Source: Bacteroidota bacterium (GTDB taxonomy: Bacteria; Bacteroidota; Bacteroidia; UKL13-3). From it: 61,660 nucleotides of DNA. Shown here piece by piece: positions 30,084 to 40,287 of the stretch; positions within the stretch are counted from its first letter, which is position 1; the number at the start of each line of letters is the position of its first letter. Location: the NCBI GenBank assembly GCA_947456185.1, contig CANGPW010000004.1, positions 1-61,660 of the forward strand, in the 5' to 3' direction. A program made the translations under genes and the position numbers. The notes beneath the pieces were generated by a model. The model searched no databases. It was not told the origin of the DNA and worked only from the letters and a program-made list of their open reading frames with translations.

Positions 30084-30812
30084 ATGATATCAATACTTCA
30101 AAAAGAAATACGCAGTTTCCTGAGCTCATTGATTGCTTACGTAGTAATCATTGTGTTTTTAATAGCTACAGGATTATTCATGTGGGTACTGCCCGATAAT
30201 AATGTTTTTGATATGGCTTATGCCAATTTAGATACTTTATTTACATTGGCTCCTTGGTTATTTTTATTCCTGATTTCGGCCATTACCATGCGCACATTTA
30301 GCGAGGAAAAAAAGAACGGAACCATTGAAATTTTAACCACTAAACCTATTAGTGATTTAAAAATTATTTTAGCAAAATATTTTGCTGGGGTGGTATTGGT
30401 TTTATTTTCATTGATTCCTAGTTTGATTTACTTTTACACGGTTTACCAATTAGGCGCACCCATAGGAAATATGGACGTTGGCGCTACTTGGGGTTCTTAT
30501 ATTGGATTGTTCTTTTTGGCTAGTTGTTTTGTAAGTATTGGATTATTTTCATCGGTAATTACAGATAACCAAATTGTATCTTTCATTGTCAGCATGATTT
30601 TATGTTACTTGTTTTACAATTTATTTGAACTCATTGCCGATTTTAAATTATTTGGTTCGTGGGATAGTTTAGTTGCAGGATTGGGAATCAATGCGCATTA
30701 CCAAAGCATAAGCAGAGGCGTAATTGACAGCCGCGATATTCTTTATTTTATCAGTTTTATAGTGGTATTTATTTATGCTACAAAAACTGTTTTTAGCTCA
30801 CGAAAATTTTAA
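30084..30812 (+). CDS. gldF: Gliding-motility ABC permease GldF
   Basis: KEIRSFLSS, ITMRTFSEEKKNGTIE, NQIVSF, HYQSISRGVIDSRD. Confidence 0.93.
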   Translation: MISILQKEIRSFLSSLIAYVVIIVFLIATGLFMWVLPDNNVFDMAYANLDTLFTLAPWLFLFLISAITMRTFSEEKKNGTIEILTTKPISDLKIILAKYFAGVVLVLFSLIPSLIYFYTVYQLGAPIGNMDVGATWGSYIGLFFLASCFVSIGLFSSVITDNQIVSFIVSMILCYLFYNLFELIADFKLFGSWDSLVAGLGINAHYQSISRGVIDSRDILYFISFIVVFIYATKTVFSSRKF

Positions 30813-30841
30813 TCAAGGATTTCCTTTTTTCAACCATATAT

Positions 30842-32521
30842 ATGAACAAAAAGAAACAATCATACTTACAACTCATCATTGTTTTAGCAGTTATTATTTT
30901 GCTAAACGCCATATTTAGCAATTTCTTTTTCAGGATAGATTTAACAAAAGAAAAACGTTACACATTGGACAAAGCCAGCAAAAATTTAGCTGCAAAAGTA
31001 AAAGATGGCATGTTAATAAAAGTTTATTTGGAAGGCGATTTCCCTGCAGGTTTCAAGCGTTTGCAAAAAGCTACCAAAGAAATGTTGGATGAATTTAAAA
31101 TTCTTTCAAACAATAATATTCAGTATGAATTCATTGATCCTTTGCTTAATACTACTGCTAAACAAAGCACCGATATTTTACAGGAGTTAACTGAAATTGG
31201 CTTACAAGCCACCAGCATTCAATTAAAAAAAGAAGATGGTTTTAGTCAAAAAATAATTGTGCCCGGTGCAGTAGTTTATTATGGTGGTAGAAAAGTTCCT
31301 GTCAATTTATTGAAAAGTCAATTTGGACAAGCACCAGAAGCAGTTTTAAATACTTCCATTGAACAATTAGAATATGAAATAGCGAATGCTTTGCGATTAG
31401 TTACTATTGATTCAGTGAAACAAATTGCATTTATAAAAGGCAATGGTGAATTAGATAAATGGAATATCATAGATGGCAAAACGGAACTAAAAAAATATTA
31501 TGAAATAGATGACGTAGATTTAACTGCAGTTCCTCCTTCAGAATTGAATAAATACGATGGAATTATTGTTCCAAAACCAACTTTGCCTTTCAGTGATTTT
31601 GATAAATTTAAACTTGACCAATATGTAATGCATGGCGGAAAAGTGCTGTGGTTAGTGGAAAATCAGTTAGCCGAAATGGATAGCTTACGCAATTCGCCAC
31701 AATATTATTCCATTGCATATAACTTAGGTTTAGACGATTTGTTTTACAAATTTGGAGTGCGAATTAACAACAATATTATTCAGGATATTCAGTGTAATAC
31801 CATTCCGGTTTTAAGTGGAATGAAAAACGGAACTCCAGAACAAAAATTGCTTCCTTGGATGTATTTTCCGGTAGTTCCTCCTACTAGCTCGCACCCAATA
31901 GTTCGGGGCGTGGATCCCATTTGGTTTCAGTTCACAGCAAGTATTGATACCATTCCGAATAAAAAAATTAACAAAACGGTTTTGTTGGCTTCTTCTCAAT
32001 ATTCTCGTTCGGTGCCTGCACCTGCCAGGGTTGATATAGAAATGGCAAGATTAGAGCCAGATCCGAATTTATTTAGAACAGGAGGGAACAAAATTTTAGC
32101 AGTGCTTTTAGAAGGTGAATTTTCTTCCAGTTTTGAATATACTTTCGATCAAACTAAAAATCCTGCATTGGATTTTAAAAGCAAAGTTGAAAACAATAAA
32201 ATGATTGTAATAGCCGATGGTGATGTAATCAGGAATCAATATAGCGCAAGCAAAGGACAAGTATTTCCGCTTGGTTACGACCGTTTTGCAAATCAAGAAT
32301 TTGGCAACAAACGCTTTATTTTAAACTGCGTAGATTACCTATGCGATGACAGTGGAATTATAGAAGTGCGAAGCAAAGAAGTTACTTTACGATTGCTTGA
32401 TAAAGCTAAAATAAAAAAAGAAAAACTGTTTTGGCAATTCATCAATATTGGTTTACCCATTGTGTTGATCATTGTTTTTGCAATGGCCAATAATTATTAC
32501 AGAAAAAGAAAATACGCTTAA
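30842..32521 (+). CDS. gldG: Gliding-motility ABC auxiliary protein GldG
   Basis: RIDLTKEKRYTL, VYLEGDFPAGFKRL, DQYVMHGGK, LGYDRF...FGNK, C-terminal TM. Confidence 0.93.
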   Translation: MNKKKQSYLQLIIVLAVIILLNAIFSNFFFRIDLTKEKRYTLDKASKNLAAKVKDGMLIKVYLEGDFPAGFKRLQKATKEMLDEFKILSNNNIQYEFIDPLLNTTAKQSTDILQELTEIGLQATSIQLKKEDGFSQKIIVPGAVVYYGGRKVPVNLLKSQFGQAPEAVLNTSIEQLEYEIANALRLVTIDSVKQIAFIKGNGELDKWNIIDGKTELKKYYEIDDVDLTAVPPSELNKYDGIIVPKPTLPFSDFDKFKLDQYVMHGGKVLWLVENQLAEMDSLRNSPQYYSIAYNLGLDDLFYKFGVRINNNIIQDIQCNTIPVLSGMKNGTPEQKLLPWMYFPVVPPTSSHPIVRGVDPIWFQFTASIDTIPNKKINKTVLLASSQYSRSVPAPARVDIEMARLEPDPNLFRTGGNKILAVLLEGEFSSSFEYTFDQTKNPALDFKSKVENNKMIVIADGDVIRNQYSASKGQVFPLGYDRFANQEFGNKRFILNCVDYLCDDSGIIEVRSKEVTLRLLDKAKIKKEKLFWQFINIGLPIVLIIVFAMANNYYRKRKYA

Positions 32522-32543
32522 TTTAAATTCGTTCCGTCCAATA

Positions 32544-32602
32544 GCGTTTCGACAAGCTCTACGACCGCAAACTTAGAATGGTCTTTGAGCTTGTCGAAAC
32601 GC
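32544..32602. repeat. REP doublet (inverted pair)
   Basis: 16-bp perfect stem GCGTTTCGACAAGCTC / GAGCTTGTCGAAACGC, no U-tract. Confidence 0.8.
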
Positions 32603-32645
32603 TTTCAAAACAATAACATTCATAAAGCCCTAAAATTCTGATACC

Positions 32646-33653
32646 ATGAACAAAAAAACATATTTAGCCATTTTAGTTTTGTTGCTTGTAGCAATATCAT
32701 ATTATTTAATTAATAAAAAACCTTGGGGCATTAACTATAAAGACATTGCAGATTTTGCCATTGCTGACACCTCAGCAATTGACAAAATATTTATTGCAGA
32801 CAGAAATGGGAATACCGTAATTTTAGAAAAAAAAGGGCCACAAACTTGGACCATTAACAATAATAAAATGGCTGATTTTAGTAAAATAGAATTGCTTTTA
32901 TCAACGGTTAAAAACCTAGCGGTATTACGACCAGTTCCTCAAAGTGAACATAATTCGGCTGTTGGCGACTTAGCAACAACAGGAATAAAAGCTCAGTTTT
33001 ACTCAAAAGATGAAACAGTAAAAACCCTTTATATTGGTTCGGCTACGCAAGAACAAAATGGAACTTATATGTTAATTGAAGGTTCATCAAAACCATATGC
33101 GGTTCATATACCCGGCTTTTTTGGTTACTTAACTCCACGGTTTATTAGTGACAGTTTAACTTGGCGAGATAGAACAGTTTTTAACTATCAACCAGAAGTT
33201 ATAAAAAGCATTGAGTTTAACTATGAAAATGCAGCCAATAGTTTTTTTATTGACAATAGTAATGTGCAAGCACCCCTGATTTTTGATACAAACAAAAAAG
33301 TAAAAGCCATTTCAGACATACAGTTTTTAAGGTTTTATATTGCTTCATTTAAGCAATTAAATTTTGATGGATACGATGAAAATCAAAGTCAAAAATTGGT
33401 TGATAGCCTGATTCAAAACAATCCAATTTGTACCATAAATATTATTAATAAAAATGGTACAATTCAAAATTTAAAACTATACACCAAAGCCATTGACAAA
33501 CACACCAAACAAGCCATTAATGAAGAAACTGGCGAGTATTTGAAATCTGATCCAGAGCGCTTTTGGGCTTTTTTAAATAACGATAAAAGTTTAATGCTTA
33601 TTCAGCAATATAACTTTGGAAAAGTAATGATTACCATTGATGGTTTTAAATAA
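32646..33653 (+). CDS. DUF4340-like membrane-anchored protein
   Basis: N-terminal TM; DFAIADTSAIDKIFI, IPGFFGYLTPRF, WRDRTVF; follows gldG. Confidence 0.65.
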   Translation: MNKKTYLAILVLLLVAISYYLINKKPWGINYKDIADFAIADTSAIDKIFIADRNGNTVILEKKGPQTWTINNNKMADFSKIELLLSTVKNLAVLRPVPQSEHNSAVGDLATTGIKAQFYSKDETVKTLYIGSATQEQNGTYMLIEGSSKPYAVHIPGFFGYLTPRFISDSLTWRDRTVFNYQPEVIKSIEFNYENAANSFFIDNSNVQAPLIFDTNKKVKAISDIQFLRFYIASFKQLNFDGYDENQSQKLVDSLIQNNPICTINIINKNGTIQNLKLYTKAIDKHTKQAINEETGEYLKSDPERFWAFLNNDKSLMLIQQYNFGKVMITIDGFK

Positions 33654-33684
33654 AATAATCAACAGTTTTTTATATCAAATTTTC

Positions 33685-33723
33685 AAAAAAAACGAGACAA
33701 GTATAACTTGGCTCGTTTTTTTT
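33685..33723. terminator. Bidirectional terminator
   Basis: A8-CGAGACAAGT-ATA-ACTTGGCTCG-T8 between convergent genes. Confidence 0.85.
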
Positions 33724-33739
33724 AGAATAAATTGAAAGA

Positions 33740-36232
33740 TTATTCAACAATTAATTTTTTAGTCAATGTGGTTTCATTGCTATTGATTTGAACAAAATAC
33801 ATTCCTTTTGGCAAATCAGTTAATGATAAATCTATTGTGTTAATTCCTGTTACTAATTTAGTATTTATTGATTTTATCAAAGCGCCTTTCATATCGAATA
33901 AATTTGCATTTCCTTCTGATTTTTGATTGACATTTAATACAATGGAAACATTTTCTTTAGCAGGATTTGGATACATCATAAAATTATTGTTTTCAAAAAT
34001 TTCTTTTGTGCCTGTTCTGAATTTAACACTTTCAAATGAATCAACGATTCCATTGCTCCATGCAATATAAAAACCTAATGCAAAATTAGGATTCGCTTTA
34101 TTGAATATAGAATCTGATTTATTATACGCTGAATCTTTTCTTACGTATTTACCGGCAACTAAACTTGAGTCAATATAATTTCTTAAATCTAATAAAAATC
34201 CTGATGCAAACATTACACCTGCTAAACCAGTTCTACCAACAAAATTTATGTTTGAAGACAATAAACCTTTACCTGTTACAGCATCATTTACATTATAAGA
34301 AGCACCTGCATTTCCTTTGGTAGGACTGTATTTATATAAAGAACCATAAGATGTGTTTTTAGCTACAAATAATGCTTCTTGATCAGCTTGAATGTTTAGT
34401 TTACCTAAATTTACACCACCATGGAAAAATATAACTTCGTTGGAGGGAGTTGGAAATGTTGAAACTATTTTACCTGGAGTAATCATTTTTACACCAAACG
34501 CTGTTGAAATTCCTTCAGGATTTGCGCGGTAAGAAGCACCTGTGAATCCATAAGCTATAGCAACATTAAAGTTAGAATCTGGCAACATACTGATAGACCA
34601 AAGTGCGTTTGAAGTATCTACTGCATTTCCTTTTGTTAAGTTAATTCTTACTGGCACATATGCATCAGTTCCATTAGCAATTCCAGTAGCAGTTCTAAAT
34701 CCTAAATCATTTACTATTTTTATTCCATTTGCGTAAATATCTACATTGCGAATTGATGTATCAGGTGAGTTATGTATAAACTGTAATTTGTTTTGCAAAC
34801 GAGTTAATTCTACCACTGTTCCATTACTTAAAGCCAACATCACTTTAAAAGAAGCGGCATTAGCAGGATTGCCAGCGGCACGGTAAAAACCTGAAGTAAA
34901 AACTACACCAGATTGATTTAAATAAGCAGCTGCATTCAATGAATAAGCACCATTAAATTCCGATTTTGAACCATTACTAATATTAAATATATAACCGGTA
35001 TTATCCGTTCTCAATGCTGTAAAATCACCATATTTCAAATTAGAAATTACACTAATTTGTGAAGGAACTTTGTTAAACGATATTTGAGGTGCATCGGTAT
35101 TACCGTTGGCTACCAAATATTGGAAACTACCCGCTAACAATGAACTTTCAGGCATGCTATCAAATCCATTTATATTCAATAATCTGTCAGTGCCATCAGG
35201 ATTAGCAGCAAACGTTGAAGAATCTTTTAAACCCATTGCCATCGCTAAATATGATTTACCAGTTACTAAATTTATTGAAGGCCTAAAAAACAATGTGTCA
35301 TTAACATTTGCAGTTGAAACTCTAATTTGAGTATTACCACTATTTACAGTTAAAAATGGACTTGCCTCTCTGAAATTTAATGCTGAAATTACTTTGTTAT
35401 TATTAAAATATACATCAAAACTTTGCAAAGCTACATCAGCTGCATTATGAATAAATTGTAAGCGAGTTGCTTCTTGTAATTCTACCACAATTCCATTGGT
35501 ATCAACGGCAAACACACCAAAGTTTTTTCCATTTTGATTGGTCGTTGGATTTACAAATCCAGAAGCAAAAACGGTAATCATTTTTTGATTAAATGAAGTT
35601 AAATTTGCACTGTAAGCCTTTAAAACAGAATTTGTACCTGTATTGCGCATTTCTATAAAAGTAGGAACATTGTTAAAAAACAAATTTGAAGCATTTGCCT
35701 GTGCAAAGTTTAAATTTGTAGGTAATGTTCCAGTTGAAATTGCTGGCTTAACAACTATATCAACTCCAGGAGCATCTGTTACTCCATGAAAAACATTTAC
35801 TTGTACTTTTCCTGAACCTGCAGCAAAAGTTGTAATGTTTTTATTTATTAAAGTAATTCCAGTATTTATACTATTGGGATTAGCGCTAAAATTAGCTATG
35901 TTATCAACGCCAGTAATCATTATTACTGTATTAGAGTTAGCCGCTAAAGTTGAAGTCAAACGTTTTAAAACTAAATCATTGCTATCAATGCTATTTCTAT
36001 TATTAATATTAAATTTTACAGCACCAGAATTGGTAGATAATAATGTAGTTGCTTGTCTGAAAGCTACATTGTCATATTTGAATCCATTTACATATACATC
36101 CACTGTATCCATTGAAGGATCGGAAGCATTATGAATTAACTGGAAACGCGCAGTTTGAGCATTTGCAGTATAAAAAAATGCACTAGCTACTAATGCAAAT
36201 AATGATTTTTTTAAAATTGTAAAGTGTTTCAT
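33740..36232 (-). CDS. T9SS type-A substrate with tandem DUF4397-like repeats
   Basis: Signal peptide; repeats ARFQLIHNASD / RLQFIHNAAD / KLQFIHNSPD alternate with VFHGVTDAP-type units; CTD MYPNPAK...GMYFVQI...KKLIVE. Confidence 0.82.
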   Translation of the reverse strand: MKHFTILKKSLFALVASAFFYTANAQTARFQLIHNASDPSMDTVDVYVNGFKYDNVAFRQATTLLSTNSGAVKFNINNRNSIDSNDLVLKRLTSTLAANSNTVIMITGVDNIANFSANPNSINTGITLINKNITTFAAGSGKVQVNVFHGVTDAPGVDIVVKPAISTGTLPTNLNFAQANASNLFFNNVPTFIEMRNTGTNSVLKAYSANLTSFNQKMITVFASGFVNPTTNQNGKNFGVFAVDTNGIVVELQEATRLQFIHNAADVALQSFDVYFNNNKVISALNFREASPFLTVNSGNTQIRVSTANVNDTLFFRPSINLVTGKSYLAMAMGLKDSSTFAANPDGTDRLLNINGFDSMPESSLLAGSFQYLVANGNTDAPQISFNKVPSQISVISNLKYGDFTALRTDNTGYIFNISNGSKSEFNGAYSLNAAAYLNQSGVVFTSGFYRAAGNPANAASFKVMLALSNGTVVELTRLQNKLQFIHNSPDTSIRNVDIYANGIKIVNDLGFRTATGIANGTDAYVPVRINLTKGNAVDTSNALWSISMLPDSNFNVAIAYGFTGASYRANPEGISTAFGVKMITPGKIVSTFPTPSNEVIFFHGGVNLGKLNIQADQEALFVAKNTSYGSLYKYSPTKGNAGASYNVNDAVTGKGLLSSNINFVGRTGLAGVMFASGFLLDLRNYIDSSLVAGKYVRKDSAYNKSDSIFNKANPNFALGFYIAWSNGIVDSFESVKFRTGTKEIFENNNFMMYPNPAKENVSIVLNVNQKSEGNANLFDMKGALIKSINTKLVTGINTIDLSLTDLPKGMYFVQINSNETTLTKKLIVE

Positions 36233-36297
36233 CTAATATATTTTAATATGTTAATTTAATAATTACTTGTTTTTTCACAAATAAAGTTACTTAATGG

Positions 36298-36305
36298 CAA
36301 ATATA
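36298..36305 (-). promoter_or_regulatory. Bacteroidota -7 element
   Basis: Minus strand TATATTTG. Confidence 0.5.
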
Positions 36306-36424
36306 ATCTTTGCTTCAATAAATCAAATAGTAATATAAAAACACAAAAAGGTTGCTTTAAATTTTTTATTTATTTAATGTATATTTAAAACTTAAAACAT
36401 TGCTAACCTTTTGAAATTTTGGAC

Positions 36425-36462
36425 AAAAAAAAGTCTTAGTTTAAACTAAGACTTTTTTTTTT
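36425..36462 (-). terminator. Intrinsic terminator after acyl-CoA dehydrogenase
   Basis: Perfect palindrome AAGTCTTAGTTTAAACTAAGACTT flanked by A and T runs. Confidence 0.85.
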
Positions 36463-36482
36463 AATATTATATTTTAAAATAA

Positions 36483-37622
36483 TTATTTTAAAATTTCTCT
36501 AGAAATTACAATTTTCTGAACTTCACTTGTTCCTTCATAAATTTGAGTAATTTTAGCATCACGCATTAAACGTTCTACGTGATATTCTTTTACAAATCCG
36601 TAACCACCATGAATTTGAACTGCTTCAATGGTTGTGTCCATTGCAACTTGCGAAGCATATAATTTAGCCATAGAACTTGCCAAAGCATAATCGCCATGAG
36701 AATCTTTTAAATATGCTGCTTTTAAGCAAAGTAAACGAGCTGCTTCAATATTGGTGGCCATATCGGCTAATTTAAATTGAATAGCTTGATGGTTCATAAT
36801 TTCAGTACCAAATGCTTTGCGTTGTTTTGAATATGCTAAAGCTAATTCGTATGCGCCACTTGCTATTCCTAATGCTTGCGCAGCAATACCAATTCGACCA
36901 CCAGCAAGCGTTTTCATGGCAAATTTAAAACCAAAACCATCTTCTCCAATGCGGTTTTCCTTAGGAACTTTCACATCGGTAAACATAATTGAATGTGTAT
37001 CACTACCTCTAATTCCTAACTTGTTTTCCTTGTTACCAATAACAACACCCGCACTGTCCTTTTCAACTATAAAAGCATTGATACCTTTGTGTTTTAACTC
37101 TACATGGGTTTGTGCAATTACTATATAATATTTTGCTGTACTACCATTGGTAATCCAGTTTTTGGTACCGTTTAATAAATAATAATCACCTTTATCTTCG
37201 GCAGTAGTTCTTTGACTTGTTGCATCGCTACCAGCTTCTGGTTCCGATAACAAGAAAGCTCCCCAACATTTGCCACTTGCCATTGGTACTAAATATTTTT
37301 GTTTTTGTTCTTCGTTAGCAAAAGTTTCCAATCCCCAACAAACCAATGAATTATTAACCGAAACTACTACAGAAGCTGAAGCATCAATTTTTGAGAACTC
37401 TTCCATCGCCAAAACATAACTTACAGAATCCATTCCACTACCGCCATATTTTGGATCAACCATCATTCCTAAAAAACCAAGTTCTCCTAGTTTTAACATT
37501 TGTTCCATAGGAAATTTTTGATGTTCATCGCGCTCAATTACACCCGGTAATAATTCGGTTTGTGCAAAGTCACGAGCGGCTTGTTGTACGTTTAAATGTT
37601 CTTCGGTATATTGGAAATTCAT
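36483..37622 (-). CDS. Short-chain acyl-CoA (butyryl-CoA-like) dehydrogenase
   Basis: LSEPEAGSD, NGTKNWITNG, KLGIRGS, GRIGIAAQALG, QIHGGYG, RDAKITQIYEGTSE. Confidence 0.95.
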   Translation of the reverse strand: MNFQYTEEHLNVQQAARDFAQTELLPGVIERDEHQKFPMEQMLKLGELGFLGMMVDPKYGGSGMDSVSYVLAMEEFSKIDASASVVVSVNNSLVCWGLETFANEEQKQKYLVPMASGKCWGAFLLSEPEAGSDATSQRTTAEDKGDYYLLNGTKNWITNGSTAKYYIVIAQTHVELKHKGINAFIVEKDSAGVVIGNKENKLGIRGSDTHSIMFTDVKVPKENRIGEDGFGFKFAMKTLAGGRIGIAAQALGIASGAYELALAYSKQRKAFGTEIMNHQAIQFKLADMATNIEAARLLCLKAAYLKDSHGDYALASSMAKLYASQVAMDTTIEAVQIHGGYGFVKEYHVERLMRDAKITQIYEGTSEVQKIVISREILK

Positions 37623-37761
37623 ATCTGTGAAATAGTTTTTGCGAATATATATTTTTATAAGTTACTTTAATAAACACCAATAAAAATCAATTGTTTTGAG
37701 AAATAAAAAAGAAAAGATGGATACGAATGTTACTTGATTTGTTAAACCTATAAAATTAATT

Positions 37762-37797
37762 CATTCCGCATTTTGTCATTCCGCAATTCGCATTTTA
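37762..37797. repeat. 7-mer array (CATTCCG-type x5) just after the lipoprotein stop
   Basis: cattccg cattttg (t) cattccg caattcg catttta. Confidence 0.7.
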
Positions 37798-37804
37798 AAT
37801 GCTG

Positions 37805-39043
37805 TTACTCCAAATCAGTGTTCAACTTGTACCTACAAATTCTGTTATTGCCTTTATCGGCTACATAAATCATTTTGCGGTTATAGCAAATTCCCATTGG
37901 ATCTAAAAAATTAAATGGACCATCAAGTGGTTTTCCATCTATTGCTTTTCCTCCAAATGATACATTTATTTGCTTTTTTATGGTGGAATTTGCTGGAGGA
38001 TTTACCCCTTCAAAGCCTTGGTTAGTAAATACATAAACTGAATCAGTTTCACTGTCAACTACAAAAAAGTAATTGGTAGCATCAGGCGCTATGAAACAAT
38101 CTTCAGGTTTTTTGAATTTAAAAGGTTCATACATAAAGCTGCTGGCTTTGCCAATATCAAAATTTAACAAACTAGCAGTTTCTGAATATTGAGGACCTAA
38201 ATCTGGATCATCAATAACTGTTATCATTAAAGTTTTATACTCTAAATTATTGGTTTGATTATTTGAAGTAATCATAAAGTTTTTTGAAGTACTCATTCCT
38301 TGCAAACGTTGAGGTGGTGCTGAAAAGGTAGCTATACTAGAAATATCTACAGCAGTTTTTAATCCGGATTCAGTTGGATTTAATCCAACTCCATATCCAA
38401 TATTTAATCCATCTTGGTTAAAAACCAACACAGCATTATCAGGTCTAACAAAAGTATTTGCTTGGTTTCTTGGACCTTTGCGAGTAACATACAAAGTATT
38501 GTCTGACAAACATGCCAAACCAGTATACGTTACTTCTAAATCTGCAGCACCTCTAAACTGAGTACTTTGACGCGAAGCATCACAAAATGGATGAATTAAA
38601 GTATCAATAAATGTGTAGTTTCCTTGACCTGTTCCTTCTAAATGATACACGCAAGTTACAGTTTCATTAACTGTTGCATCAAAAACTTTTCCAATTACAT
38701 AAGTATGCAAACGCCTGTCTTGTGTAACTTCAGTAGCTCCCGGAATAGCTATAGTATAAGCCAAAGTTCCTTTTTGATCTAAAATATTTAAACCTTTATC
38801 ATCTACCACATAAATCATTTCATCGAAACCAACGAACACATCTACTGGATTTTGAAAACCTTTAAAAAACGGAAAAATTGGCACGTAACTTACCGCTTTT
38901 GGAACTAAGTTTGGATCTATTTGTCCTTGCTTTAACACATCATCTACGGTATCATTTTGCTTGCTTCCAAATATGGAACACGAAGAAAAGAAACCAATCA
39001 TTGACATAAATAAAACGATTATTTTTATATTTTTAAGATTCAT
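37805..39043 (-). CDS. Lipoprotein with NHL-like beta-propeller
   Basis: Lipobox FFSS-C; FQNPVDVFVG..IYVVD, FKKPEDCFI..FFVVD, FLDPMGI..IYVADKGNNRI. Confidence 0.75.
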   Translation of the reverse strand: MNLKNIKIIVLFMSMIGFFSSCSIFGSKQNDTVDDVLKQGQIDPNLVPKAVSYVPIFPFFKGFQNPVDVFVGFDEMIYVVDDKGLNILDQKGTLAYTIAIPGATEVTQDRRLHTYVIGKVFDATVNETVTCVYHLEGTGQGNYTFIDTLIHPFCDASRQSTQFRGAADLEVTYTGLACLSDNTLYVTRKGPRNQANTFVRPDNAVLVFNQDGLNIGYGVGLNPTESGLKTAVDISSIATFSAPPQRLQGMSTSKNFMITSNNQTNNLEYKTLMITVIDDPDLGPQYSETASLLNFDIGKASSFMYEPFKFKKPEDCFIAPDATNYFFVVDSETDSVYVFTNQGFEGVNPPANSTIKKQINVSFGGKAIDGKPLDGPFNFLDPMGICYNRKMIYVADKGNNRICRYKLNTDLE

Positions 39044-39052
39044 ATTGTTCTT

Positions 39053-40060
39053 TTATTTAATGGTAAATAATAAACCTATTCTGTGAATATTTCCTATTCG
39101 TGATTTGCTTATTAGGCCATAATCTATACCAAAATTCCCAAAGCTGCGAGGTAATTTTACCCCAAAACCTAAAGTAGGAAAATTATTATCTTCATCTAAT
39201 CCAAACTCCCAACCAGTGCGCGCAAATAATATTTTCTTCCAACTATATTCTAAAGCCGAAGCTAAAGTTTCGTTATTATCAGTTGGGTGATTTAATTGCG
39301 CAGCAATAGTTAAAATATTAGTGCCATCGCATATGGGATCAATGGCAAAACCTAATCTAAAAATTGCTGGAGCAGAAACAGGAGTAAAATCGCTTTTAGC
39401 ACTTTCATTGTTCATTTTTAAAATGGTAACATCGCCTGTTGGCGCCACATTTAAACCAAAATTAGTAAATGTAACTCCAAATCTTGCATTTTTTATTCCA
39501 ATATTATAAGTCAGTCCTAAATCAAATAACATATTATTTACAGATACATTTGCTATGACTTCTTGAGCAAATTTGGCTTGCAATCCAAAACTAAAATTAT
39601 TGGTTAATATTTTTGCAAAAGATATACCTATAGATGTGCTGCCCATTAAAACATTTCGGCCAGTACCGTTTGGTTCAAATTCGGTTGTTTCTTTGTTATC
39701 GCCAAAACCCAAACTAATTACATTAACTCCAACATAACTTAATTTACCAGCTTTAAAAGCTACTGCTCCATAATTTACTTGGCTATTTCCAAACCAACGA
39801 GTATTTGAAAATTGGGCAGTAACTTTTCCTGTATCAATACTGGTAATTCCCGCAGGATTCCAATACATTGCAGAAGCATCGTTTACTAATCCAACCACTG
39901 CACCACTCATAGCTGCTGAACGTGCATCGGGTGCAATTTTTAAAAACTGCATACCACTTCCACCTGTACGACTATTGCCAAAAGTAGGCAATATTTGAGC
40001 TTGCGCAATAGAAATTGCAACAAGAAATAGGTATAAAAGTATTATTTTAAACTTCATCAT
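39053..40060 (-). CDS. PorV/PorQ (UPF0164)-family outer-membrane beta-barrel
   Basis: Signal peptide; QFLKIAPDARSAAMS, DASAMYWNPAG, FDLGLTY, IHRIGL. Confidence 0.8.
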   Translation of the reverse strand: MMKFKIILLYLFLVAISIAQAQILPTFGNSRTGGSGMQFLKIAPDARSAAMSGAVVGLVNDASAMYWNPAGITSIDTGKVTAQFSNTRWFGNSQVNYGAVAFKAGKLSYVGVNVISLGFGDNKETTEFEPNGTGRNVLMGSTSIGISFAKILTNNFSFGLQAKFAQEVIANVSVNNMLFDLGLTYNIGIKNARFGVTFTNFGLNVAPTGDVTILKMNNESAKSDFTPVSAPAIFRLGFAIDPICDGTNILTIAAQLNHPTDNNETLASALEYSWKKILFARTGWEFGLDEDNNFPTLGFGVKLPRSFGNFGIDYGLISKSRIGNIHRIGLLFTIK

Positions 40061-40128
40061 TTTTATAAAAGCTTCGCAAAATAAACAATATTTTATAATC
40101 TATAAGTTATTTGTTTGTAAAGAGGTTT

Positions 40129-40281
40129 ATGGACGATAGACCATGGATGATGGACGAACATTAATTTTGGGGAGTGAAACAAACTTCATCCAATTATTAC
40201 CTTTTAATATTTCAAACAAAAAAAGGTCAGCTTTCGCCAACCTTTTCCATTAAAAACTATCGTCTATAGTCCATTTACTAT
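40129..40281. repeat. Oppositely oriented 7-mer arrays flanking a terminator
   Basis: ATGGACG-type x4 (40129-56) and CGTCTAT/AGTCCAT-type x4 (40254-81). Confidence 0.8.
40218..40246 (-). terminator. Intrinsic terminator after nfu
   Basis: Minus strand AAAAGGTTGGC-GAAA-GCTGACCTTTTTTT. Confidence 0.75.
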
Positions 40282-40287
40282 AAACTT

